DNA of 64,000 nt, taken from positions 1,714 through 65,713 of the forward strand of contig JBBTVB010000003.1 of assembly GCA_038063455.1 (NCBI GenBank), written 5' to 3'. The position numbers and the translations under genes were made by a program. Positions 33,959-42,347 of the stretch are shown piece after piece (positions within the stretch are counted from its first letter, which is position 1; every line of letters begins with the position of its first letter). Source of the stretch: Patescibacteria group bacterium. Its GTDB lineage: Bacteria > Patescibacteriota > Patescibacteriia > PEXW01. The notes beneath the pieces are model-generated. The model was given only the letters and a program-made list of their open reading frames with translations. It was not told where the DNA came from and searched no databases.

Positions 33959-35008
33959 ATGAAGAAGCTCCGCATTGCCCAACTCGTGCCGTTTGAAGAA
34001 ACCGTGCCGCCCACCAAGTACGGCGGGACGGAACTCGTCGCCTCCAACTTGTCCGACGGCTTGGTCAAGCAAGGCTACGATGTCACGCTCTTCTCCGTGG
34101 GCGGCTCCAAAACCACGGCCAAGCTGGTCAAAGTCTTTCCTGGTCCCCTACGCGCCCATACCGGTTCGGAACTCAAAGCGCGAGAAGCTCTTAAATTTAT
34201 GGGCGTGGGCAAGGTGCTGACCGCGGTGGTGAAAGGCAAATTTGACGTCGTACACAACCACATTGGCTGGCGCGTGCTACCGTTCTTAGAAATTATCCCG
34301 GCCCCGACGGTAACCACCTTGCACGGCCCGCTCGACATTGCGTACCAGCGCATGGTGTACAAACCGTTTGCCCGCACGCCGTTTGTTTCGATCTCCAACA
34401 ACCAACGCAAGCCGCTCAAGCTCAACTATGCGGCCACGGTGTACAACGGCATCCGCGTGGACCGCTTCGACTACTTAGAAAAGAAAGATGATTACCTGGC
34501 CTTCCTCGGCCGGATGAGCCCGGAGAAGGGGCCGGTGCAGGCAATCCAGGTGGCAAAAAAAACCAAGCGCCGTTTAATTATGGCCGCCAAGGTCGACCAA
34601 GTCGACATAAAATTTTTTAACGAGAAGGTGAAGCCGCTCATCGATGGCAAGCAAATCAAATTTCTTGGCGAAGTCGGCCACGAAGGGAAATCGAAGCTGC
34701 TGGCCCATGCGGCCGGGCTGCTGGCGCTTATCCAGTGGGAAGAGCCGTTTGGCTTGTTCATGGCCGAAGCCAACGCTTGCGGCACGCCGGTTATCGCCAT
34801 GGCTCGCGGTGCTGCGCCAGAAGTCATTGCGCACAAGAAGACTGGCTACCTGGTGCATTCCACTGCGGAAGCTGCCAGCATGGTGAGTAAACTCGGCATG
34901 ATCAAACCCAAGGACTGCCGGACGCGCGCCCAAGCGCACTTCTCGGTGGAAGCCATGGTGGCGGGCTACGTGAAGGTGTACGAAAGACTCATCCGCCAGT
35001 GGCGCTGA
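33959..35008 (+). CDS. GT4 glycosyltransferase, paralogue 1 of 3
   Basis: VPPTKYGGTELV, YLAFLGRMSPEKGPVQAIQ, WEEPFGLFMAEANACGTPVIA. Confidence 0.8.
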   Translation: MKKLRIAQLVPFEETVPPTKYGGTELVASNLSDGLVKQGYDVTLFSVGGSKTTAKLVKVFPGPLRAHTGSELKAREALKFMGVGKVLTAVVKGKFDVVHNHIGWRVLPFLEIIPAPTVTTLHGPLDIAYQRMVYKPFARTPFVSISNNQRKPLKLNYAATVYNGIRVDRFDYLEKKDDYLAFLGRMSPEKGPVQAIQVAKKTKRRLIMAAKVDQVDIKFFNEKVKPLIDGKQIKFLGEVGHEGKSKLLAHAAGLLALIQWEEPFGLFMAEANACGTPVIAMARGAAPEVIAHKKTGYLVHSTAEAASMVSKLGMIKPKDCRTRAQAHFSVEAMVAGYVKVYERLIRQWR

Positions 35009-35121
35009 GTCCCGCTTAAACTCGTCATGTCACACGCGTTGCAATTATCTTGTGGGACGAAACCCCGCACCGGAGCCACACAGCAGTGTGACGACTGGTG
35101 CGCGGGTAACCACCTAAAACT

Positions 35122-36105
35122 ATGACCCGAGCGGCCTTGCTCAAACACGTCCGCTCCCTCCTAGCCAAGCGCGGACTCACGCCGGACGCTGACGTCAAAG
35201 AAATCCTCAACCACCAGCGGCGGTTTTTCCGCACGCGCTGCATCGATGCGAAAGGCAAGCAGTACACCTTTAAAGTGTACCTCCTTACCGTCCCCACCAC
35301 GCGCCACGACTTCCAGCACGAAATTGCCTTCTACCATTTTGCCGCCCAAGGCCGACTAACGCAATTTCCCCGCTGGATAGCGGGTGAACGCAATCGCGCC
35401 CATCCCTGGATTCTCTACACCTACATCCCCGGCGTACCGTTTACTACCTACCTCCGCCGCAAACGGAACCATGTGCCGCCACGGCTGCTGAACACGCTCG
35501 CGCGCGTGCTCGCGCACTACACCCACCTCCGCATTCCCGAGCCCACCCGACGCCTGCTCCACCTCCACGCCCATCGAGCCAGCGATTTTAGCAAACGTTT
35601 CACCCAGTACACGCGCGGCCGCAACCGCAAAATGATCCTGCAGCACCTGACGGAAACCGAGCTGGAGGCTGCCGCCCGGATTATTGCTTTCCACCAAACC
35701 GAGAAGCGCTTGCCACGCCAGCTGGGGCTGAGCCACGGCGACTTGAGTACGGCCAACTTGCTGGTGGATGGCGAGAGCTTTGCAGTGCTGGACTGGGAGC
35801 ACATTCAAATTGCCTCCCCCGCCTACGACATTGCCGAACTGTGGGTCAAAGAATTCAGCCGCGCGCCCTGGCGCAACAAGCTGGCGCTGCAGGTGGGCGC
35901 GCTGCAACCGCAGCCGGAACTCTTCGGCGCCCTCTTTAGTATCGAAGTCCTACTCTTCTGCCTGCGGGATATTCTTTTGCACGACCGGATCGTGCACGAA
36001 CTCAAGCATCGCCGGAGCAAAGCAATTATTCGGCGAGTGCTCAGCTACTACAGCCGCACCTTCCGCGCCGCGCTCCGCGGTTTTCCAGTTCTGCTAAAAA
36101 CCTAA
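35122..36105 (+). CDS. APH-fold (aminoglycoside phosphotransferase/choline-kinase family) small-molecule kinase
   Basis: Catalytic loop LSHGDLSTANLLVD and DWEHIQIASPAYDIAELW (HGDxxxxN ... DWE). Confidence 0.7.
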   Translation: MTRAALLKHVRSLLAKRGLTPDADVKEILNHQRRFFRTRCIDAKGKQYTFKVYLLTVPTTRHDFQHEIAFYHFAAQGRLTQFPRWIAGERNRAHPWILYTYIPGVPFTTYLRRKRNHVPPRLLNTLARVLAHYTHLRIPEPTRRLLHLHAHRASDFSKRFTQYTRGRNRKMILQHLTETELEAAARIIAFHQTEKRLPRQLGLSHGDLSTANLLVDGESFAVLDWEHIQIASPAYDIAELWVKEFSRAPWRNKLALQVGALQPQPELFGALFSIEVLLFCLRDILLHDRIVHELKHRRSKAIIRRVLSYYSRTFRAALRGFPVLLKT

Positions 36106-36108
36106 CCT

Positions 36109-37161
36109 ATGAAAAGACTCCGCATTGCCCTGGTTGCGCCGCTGGCCGAGCGCGTCCCGCCCCGCAAGTACGGTGGCACCGAACTGGTCATTGGCAACTT
36201 GGCCAACGGTCTAGTAGCGCGCGGCCACAAGGTAACGCTGCTGGCCCGCTCGGATTCCAAAACCAAAGCCAAGCTCGTCTCCTTCTACCATCCCGACCCG
36301 CGGGCCCGCTCCCGCTACGCTTCTCGTGGCTACATGGTGCCCAACTACTGGCAGACCTTGGAGTTGGGTTGGGCTTTTGAACGGGCTAGGCAATTTGACG
36401 TGATGCACTTTCACATTGGCTCGACCTTCTTCCCCTACACCCGGCTAGTACAAACGCCGTGCGTACTCACGCTGCACGGCCGCTTGAATACCACAGAAGC
36501 AAAAAAGGTGCACACGGCGTACAAAGAGGTGCCCCTGGTTTCCATCTCGAACAACCAGCGCACGCCCATCCCGAAACTCAACTTCATTCGGACAGTGTAC
36601 AACGGCATTGATATGGCGGCGCATCGCATGGGTACGGGCAAGGGGAATTACCTCGCTTTCCTGGGCCGCATGAGCCCGGAGAAAGGGCCGGTGCAGGCTA
36701 TCCAGGCCGCCAAGCGCGCTGGGATGAAACTCGTGATGGCTGCCAAGGTAGATACCGTTGACGCTGGCTACTTTACCAAAAAGGTGAAGCCGTTCATCGA
36801 TGGCAAGCAAATTCGATTTATCGGCGAAGTTGACCACGCGGGCAAAGTAAAACTCCTCCAGGGTGCCGTTGGTCTGCTTGCGCTCATCCAGTGGGAAGAG
36901 CCCTTCGGCTTGTTCATGACCGAGGCCATGGCCAGCGGCACACCGGTTATTGCCACCCATCGCGGCTCGGTGCCAGAAATTGTCGCGGATGGCAAAACCG
37001 GCTTTGTGGTGGGTGACGTGACCGACGCCGTTCGGGCCATTAAAAGTCTGCACACCATCAACCGCCAAGCCTGCCGTGCGCGCGTGGAAAAATACTTTTC
37101 CATCGAGGCAATGGTCAACGGGTACGAAGCTGTGTACGCTAAGCTTACGCACAAAAGATGA
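36109..37161 (+). CDS. GT4 glycosyltransferase, paralogue 2 of 3
   Basis: VPPRKYGGTELV, YLAFLGRMSPEKGPVQAIQ, WEEPFGLFMTEAMASGTPVIA. Confidence 0.8.
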   Translation: MKRLRIALVAPLAERVPPRKYGGTELVIGNLANGLVARGHKVTLLARSDSKTKAKLVSFYHPDPRARSRYASRGYMVPNYWQTLELGWAFERARQFDVMHFHIGSTFFPYTRLVQTPCVLTLHGRLNTTEAKKVHTAYKEVPLVSISNNQRTPIPKLNFIRTVYNGIDMAAHRMGTGKGNYLAFLGRMSPEKGPVQAIQAAKRAGMKLVMAAKVDTVDAGYFTKKVKPFIDGKQIRFIGEVDHAGKVKLLQGAVGLLALIQWEEPFGLFMTEAMASGTPVIATHRGSVPEIVADGKTGFVVGDVTDAVRAIKSLHTINRQACRARVEKYFSIEAMVNGYEAVYAKLTHKR

Positions 37162-38186
37162 AACCCAAAATCGCCATTCTCGCCTCCAACCTCTACCCCA
37201 TCCCGCCGCAGCGTACGTCGGCGGCCGAACTTATTGTGTCAGAAATTACCGAGGGGTTAGTAAGGCGCGGTTTCCCGGTGACGCTCTACGCCGCAGGGGA
37301 CACCAAAACTCGCGCACGCTTGGTAAGCGTGACAAAACGCGCATCCATTCGCGATCCCAAAATCGGCCAGCCAAACCACAAAGCCTACGAATTTATGCTG
37401 GCTAGCCGAGCCTACAAAGATGCCCAAACCTGGGGCGCAAAAATTATACTCTCGCATATTCCCATGGTGAGCGCACACTTTGCCGCGTTTGCAAAGTTCC
37501 CCACCGTTGCCCTGCTGCACAGCCCGCCCACGCCGACGGATGCCGCAGTCATGGCCAGCGCGCCGAACCAAAAGTACATCTCCATCTCTAACAACCAACG
37601 CAAAACCGCAGCCGGTTCAAAGTTTGTTACTACCATCTACCACGGCGTCAACACGAAACAGCTAAAATTCCAAGCGCAACCAGGCAACTACCTAGCCTTC
37701 CTGGGGCGCATCCGCGAGTACAAAGGGGTAAAGGAAGCAATTGCGGTTTCCGGCGCAACGAAAATCCCGCTGCGCATTGCCGGCCCCATCGGCGACCCGG
37801 CGTACTTTGCAAAATTCGTGAAGCCAGCGCTGTCAAAAACCATTCGCTACGTCGGTGAAATTACCCATAGCCAAAAGTCTGCATTCCTCGGCGGCGCGCT
37901 GGCCACACTCTTCCCCATTGGTTGGGAAGAGCCGTTTGGTTTGGTTATCCCCGAATCCCTGGCCTGCGGCACGCCGGTGATTGCCTTCAAGCGCGGCTCG
38001 GTGCCTGAACTGCTGCGGGACAAAAAGACGGGCTACATTGTAAAAACCGTCCCACAGATGATTACCGCGGTACAAAAAATTGAACACATCAAACGTTCTG
38101 CCTGCCGCGCGGAAGCCGTGCGCCGCTTCTCGCTCGACCGGATGGTGGATGACTACGCAACGCTACTGACCAAACTCGCGAGGTAA
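37158..38186 (+). CDS. GT4 glycosyltransferase, paralogue 3 of 3 (more divergent)
   Basis: YLAFLGRIREYKG, WEEPFGLVIPESLACGTPVIA. ATGA overlap with paralogue 2. Confidence 0.8.
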   Translation: MKPKIAILASNLYPIPPQRTSAAELIVSEITEGLVRRGFPVTLYAAGDTKTRARLVSVTKRASIRDPKIGQPNHKAYEFMLASRAYKDAQTWGAKIILSHIPMVSAHFAAFAKFPTVALLHSPPTPTDAAVMASAPNQKYISISNNQRKTAAGSKFVTTIYHGVNTKQLKFQAQPGNYLAFLGRIREYKGVKEAIAVSGATKIPLRIAGPIGDPAYFAKFVKPALSKTIRYVGEITHSQKSAFLGGALATLFPIGWEEPFGLVIPESLACGTPVIAFKRGSVPELLRDKKTGYIVKTVPQMITAVQKIEHIKRSACRAEAVRRFSLDRMVDDYATLLTKLAR

Positions 38187-38188
38187 CT

Positions 38189-39103
38189 ATGCAAGGCTCC
38201 GAACTCCGCATTGACCCCATCCACGACCGCGCGGTTATTGTGGCGCCCAAACGCGGCGCTCGTCCGCACGACATTCCAGAAGAAACCCTCAGTGTGGTCC
38301 CGCGCGATTGCCCATTTTGCCTAGAGGCACTCAAGAAGAAGGGCATTGTCCATACCAGCGGCAAAGGCGCCACTGCCATTCGGGTTATTAAGAATGGGTT
38401 CCCTGCCGTGTCGCTGGATAACCCCAAAGCCCACGGCTACCAAGAAGTGCTTATCGAGACGCCCGCCCACAGCGTGGAGCTGGCCGAGCTCCCGGTACAA
38501 AAAATTGACCACTTGCTGCACGTCTACCAGCACCGCACCCGAGCCATAGCCAAGAAACGCGGCATCGAGTACATTCTCATTTTTAAGAACCACGGCGGCA
38601 AAGCCGGGGCCAGCCTGGTGCACGCCCACTCGCAAATTTTTGCAACCGGGTTTGTGCCGCCGCATATCATTCAAAAGCTCACCAATGTCCGCGCGTACAG
38701 CATTGCAAAGGGCCACTGCTACTACTGCGACACGCTGGCCAAAGAACAGCGCGGCCCGCGGCGCATTCTGGCCAACAAACATGTCGTGGCCTTTGCCCCC
38801 TACGTCTCGGCCTACCCATACGAGGCGTGGATCTTCCCGCGTCGCCACGTCGACAACCTGACGCGCCTTTCGCATGCAGAACGACGCGCCTTTGCCGTGG
38901 CCATGCGCACCATCTTGGGCAAGCTCAATGGCATTAACGTGCCGTACAACTACTACCTGCACCAAACCCTTACGGACAAAGACGAACACTTCTACCTGCG
39001 CATTGCCCCCCGCCAATCAACCTGGGGTGGGCTGGAAGTCGGCTCGCGGCTAATTATCAACCAAGTCGCGCCCGAGGATGCGGCAAAGTTTTATCGGAAG
39101 TAA
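38189..39103 (+). CDS. GalT-type hexose-1-phosphate nucleotidyltransferase (HIT superfamily)
   Basis: CPFC Zn motif, FKNHGGKAGASLVHAHSQIFA (HxHxQ). A second half-domain follows. Confidence 0.75.
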   Translation: MQGSELRIDPIHDRAVIVAPKRGARPHDIPEETLSVVPRDCPFCLEALKKKGIVHTSGKGATAIRVIKNGFPAVSLDNPKAHGYQEVLIETPAHSVELAELPVQKIDHLLHVYQHRTRAIAKKRGIEYILIFKNHGGKAGASLVHAHSQIFATGFVPPHIIQKLTNVRAYSIAKGHCYYCDTLAKEQRGPRRILANKHVVAFAPYVSAYPYEAWIFPRRHVDNLTRLSHAERRAFAVAMRTILGKLNGINVPYNYYLHQTLTDKDEHFYLRIAPRQSTWGGLEVGSRLIINQVAPEDAAKFYRK

Positions 39104-39119
39104 CTGCTACCTAAGTGAA

Positions 39120-40184
39120 CTATATGAGGATACGTCCCTGCTTACCTGTCGGGCGCGCTCTTTGAATCATAAACTCAACGTTCTCGTTCATATTAGTCGG
39201 GTCGATTCTAATGTCTGTATGATGGTTTTGCCATACTCGAAAAATCTCATCGGCAAAAGCTTGGCCAATGGTGTCTACTCCCGAAAAGTCCAACTCAACA
39301 ACTTTAAAATTCTCCAAATTCATGGTTACTCGTTTTGCCTCAGATCGAGAAGGTAAGTCGCGGCCAAATTGAAAGAGCTTTACAGTCACGCGCGTCTTGT
39401 CAAACAAATATTCATCCTCTCCGTTCCCCGTAAAAGCATTAAATATACCTCTAAGATCTCGCTGGGATGTGAGATGAATACTAAAACTTACGCGCGTACC
39501 CCTAAGCGATTTTCGATCAGAAATGAATATGTCAGGCAATAAGTTATTCACCGTCAACCGTTTCTCATAACTATCAATAACGAACACATCGCCCATTTTT
39601 GAAGTAAAAAATACTCCTTCGCCTGTGTGCTGTTTTGGGTCCGTAGTCGCTTTACCTTTTAAAATTTCCTGAATGGCAGCAAGTGTCCCCGGTAAACGAA
39701 ATTTGTCACGAACATTATTAAAAATACCGATACCAAAATCACGAACGACAAAAGTTATGGCTGTATCTGTTTTGCGGCAATCAATCTCAATACGCCCCGA
39801 TTGTGAATGATCAATGGCGTTATTAACCATTTCGGTAAAACCATGACGAATAATTTTATGAATATTTTCTTTCGCATCCAAAAAGATGCCCGTTTCTTGC
39901 TCGATTCTTTTAAATACTGTGTCTTCATCAAGATTAGCATTTTTTAGACGAAAAAATATATGACGAATTGCCCGTTTTACGTTACGAACGGCTGTCGTGT
40001 CTGAGGCTAAAACGTACCTAGCTTGATTGGACTTCCCAATGAGAAGTACCGTTCCCTCTTCGCGGAGCTCTTGTAAAAGAAGGTGTGCGTAGTTCCTACT
40101 GACGCTTAAGTCATCACCAATTTGGCGGGTGGTAACCGACCCCTTCTTATGTAGTACAGATAAAATATGGTCTTTTGATTGCAT
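39120..40184 (-). CDS. wHTH - GHKL ATPase (HATPase_c) - STAS-like (DUF4325) protein, low-GC
   Basis: N-terminal winged-helix-like ILSVLHKKGSVTTRQIGDDLSVSRNYAHLLLQEL. N-box MVNNAIDHS, G1 VRDFGIGI, GEGVFF. C-terminal VELDFSGVDTIGQAFADEIFRVW. Visibly AT-richer than both neighbours. Confidence 0.6.
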   Translation of the reverse strand: MQSKDHILSVLHKKGSVTTRQIGDDLSVSRNYAHLLLQELREEGTVLLIGKSNQARYVLASDTTAVRNVKRAIRHIFFRLKNANLDEDTVFKRIEQETGIFLDAKENIHKIIRHGFTEMVNNAIDHSQSGRIEIDCRKTDTAITFVVRDFGIGIFNNVRDKFRLPGTLAAIQEILKGKATTDPKQHTGEGVFFTSKMGDVFVIDSYEKRLTVNNLLPDIFISDRKSLRGTRVSFSIHLTSQRDLRGIFNAFTGNGEDEYLFDKTRVTVKLFQFGRDLPSRSEAKRVTMNLENFKVVELDFSGVDTIGQAFADEIFRVWQNHHTDIRIDPTNMNENVEFMIQRARPTGKQGRILI

Positions 40185-40205
40185 AATAATTTACTTTACA
40201 ACTCT

Positions 40206-40234
40206 ATTATAGAGTAAAGTATAAAAGTTGTCAA
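40206..40234 (-). promoter_or_regulatory. Consensus promoter TTGACA-17-TATAAT with overlapping inverted repeat
   Basis: Minus strand: TTGACA from 40229-40234, TATAAT from 40206-40211. Imperfect inverted repeat TACTTTAC-AA-CTCTAT (40192-40207) / ATAGAG-TAAAGTA (40209-40221) spans the -10 box. Confidence 0.7.
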
Positions 40235-40295
40235 CTAGTCATACTATATATTCACCTTCGGGTTAAATACATACAAATAACTGAATACTTGTGAG

Positions 40296-40304
40296 TGCTA
40301 TCAT
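40296..40304 (+). promoter_or_regulatory. Extended -10 TGcTATCAT, 6 nt before ATG 40311 (leaderless-type)
   Basis: TG 40296-40297, TATCAT 40299-40304, GTACCT, ATG 40311. Confidence 0.5.
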
Positions 40305-40310
40305 GTACCT

Positions 40311-42173
40311 ATGCCCCAGTTGGAACCCAACCTCTGGATCGAAGGCGGCTATTACATCGACTTCGACCAGCTCGACCAGTTTCGCATCCTCGGCCCCAAC
40401 AACCACTTGTACTGTGGGTTTATTGACGCGCCGCGGCACCGGCTGGCCATTGATAAACTGGAAACCACGCCGGAGCAGAAGCTGGTGGTCACGGGCCGGT
40501 TCCTGAAGTCCACCTTCAACCTCTACAACCCGGTCATGGGCGATATGCGCACGATGCGCGGCTTAGTAGTGGAAGAGCAGACGAACAAGCTGGTTACCTT
40601 TTTAGAACTCCGCAAGCGCGAGACCAGCCAGTCCGTACCCATGTGGATCCACCGCAGCCAAGGCCGGGACGGCAAGGCGCTGCTTTTCCGGCGCTCGTAC
40701 GGCGACAAGTGGTACGGCACCACCTTCCACTTCCCTACCTGGGTCAACATCACGGCCATCCAGCGGCCGTTCGGCGGGTTCAAGCTGGAGGCGCGCGGCA
40801 AGAAGCACATTCCCTTCACTATTACCGCCGACACCAACGACCTCACCGAGCGCACGTACCGCAGCTCGGTAATGCCGGACGAAGCTATTGAGTGGAAAAC
40901 CTTTGGTAAAGAAGCGGCGGTCATAAAAAAGTTCTGGCAGCGGTCAAAGATTGAAGCCGACCACCTGATTACCTGGGGCAAAACCTCGGGCGACCGGTTT
41001 GGCACAGTCTTCCCGCGGGACTGGATGGAATCCGTACTCCTCGGCGCGGGCGACATCCCCTCCGAGACGATCGATGCCATGATTATCCAGTGCTTGGCAA
41101 ACGTGGATGGCCGTGGCCGCATGTGGCACGAGGACGTCGTGGGCGAGTACCGCTACCGCCACCAACTCTCTGGGCGGGATTTGTTCGACCGCAAAATGAT
41201 TGATATTGAGCCGCTGGTGATTCTGGCCTTGCGCTACACCTCGGCAAACTTTTGGACCAACACCGACGCGCTGACCAAGCTGCGCCGGATGGCAAAATAC
41301 GTAGTGGCCAACGCCCACAAGAAGCACTGGATTGCCTTCAAGCGCAAACCCAAATCTCATCAAACTGCCGATGAGCAATACTACCTGGTGGGCAACTGGC
41401 GGGACAGCACCTGGGCCTTTAAAAAAGTGCACCCCCACCTAGCGCCGTTTGACGTGAATGCTGTGCTTTACCCCGAAGCACTACGCGAGCTCCAGCTGCT
41501 GAGTAGTAAATTGCAATTGACCAATGCCGCCGCGCTGGCGACGCTCCGGAAACGTTGGGACAAGCAGAGCGAGCACTTTGCAATAACCAACCCGGATACA
41601 TTGCCTGCCTACGCCCTGGCCGTGTACGGCATGAACAGCAACGTGTACAGCGCGGGCCGCAAGGTAAAGTTCCAACAATATAAAGTGAACCACCTGGACG
41701 AGTGCTATCGCTACGCGCTCAGCGAAGGCACAGAAACCGAACTCGCCAGCTACTGCAAGCGCCTGGCCGACAAAAAGTACTTCTGGACCGCCAGCGGCCC
41801 TTTGCTGGTCGCGGCCAACAACAGCATGGGCTACACCTCGCAGGAGTACCATGGCCTGGTTATCTGGACCAAGCAGGTGGCCTTTGCGCTACTGGGCCTA
41901 ACGCGCCATTTGGAACAAGCCAAAAGCCGCACGTGGAGCCTGAGCACGCAAAAACTCTTGCGTGCCACGGCGCTCGACATCTGCCGCCGAATGGTTAGCA
42001 CGTTTGCCAAACTCAATGCGATTCCGGAGCTGCACTTTGACGACCGCAACACCCCACGGCTGTTCACCGACCAGCAAGCCACGGGCGAGCACATGAGCAA
42101 GGTACAGCTGTGGTCAGCAATCGGCGCGCGTCGGATTTTCCGCGAGTACTACAAGCTGCTGAAGCAAAAATAG
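40311..42173 (+). CDS. Large uncharacterised protein, C-terminal part GDE_C-like (alpha/alpha)6 glycosidase fold
   Basis: 620 aa. GTVFPRDWMESVLLG, GRGRMWHEDVVGEY and MIDIEPLVILALRY resemble the FGRD / G-IPHE / VDATPL pattern of amylo-alpha-1,6-glucosidase-type domains. The N-terminal ~200 aa are unrecognised. Confidence 0.4.
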   Translation: MPQLEPNLWIEGGYYIDFDQLDQFRILGPNNHLYCGFIDAPRHRLAIDKLETTPEQKLVVTGRFLKSTFNLYNPVMGDMRTMRGLVVEEQTNKLVTFLELRKRETSQSVPMWIHRSQGRDGKALLFRRSYGDKWYGTTFHFPTWVNITAIQRPFGGFKLEARGKKHIPFTITADTNDLTERTYRSSVMPDEAIEWKTFGKEAAVIKKFWQRSKIEADHLITWGKTSGDRFGTVFPRDWMESVLLGAGDIPSETIDAMIIQCLANVDGRGRMWHEDVVGEYRYRHQLSGRDLFDRKMIDIEPLVILALRYTSANFWTNTDALTKLRRMAKYVVANAHKKHWIAFKRKPKSHQTADEQYYLVGNWRDSTWAFKKVHPHLAPFDVNAVLYPEALRELQLLSSKLQLTNAAALATLRKRWDKQSEHFAITNPDTLPAYALAVYGMNSNVYSAGRKVKFQQYKVNHLDECYRYALSEGTETELASYCKRLADKKYFWTASGPLLVAANNSMGYTSQEYHGLVIWTKQVAFALLGLTRHLEQAKSRTWSLSTQKLLRATALDICRRMVSTFAKLNAIPELHFDDRNTPRLFTDQQATGEHMSKVQLWSAIGARRIFREYYKLLKQK

Positions 42174-42347
42174 TCCGCATCTCGACGAAAATGCCGGTCC
42201 CGTGTAAAGTATTGAACTGATTATAGGTAATGGGTGTTGAGGCTGGTTAGGATGTCGGCTAGTGGGAGTGGGGAATGTGAGCCCTCCTTCTATGCCCTTC
42301 GCACTACACTTGCTTCTACACCTTTACCCGCCCTCTACCCCACCCAC

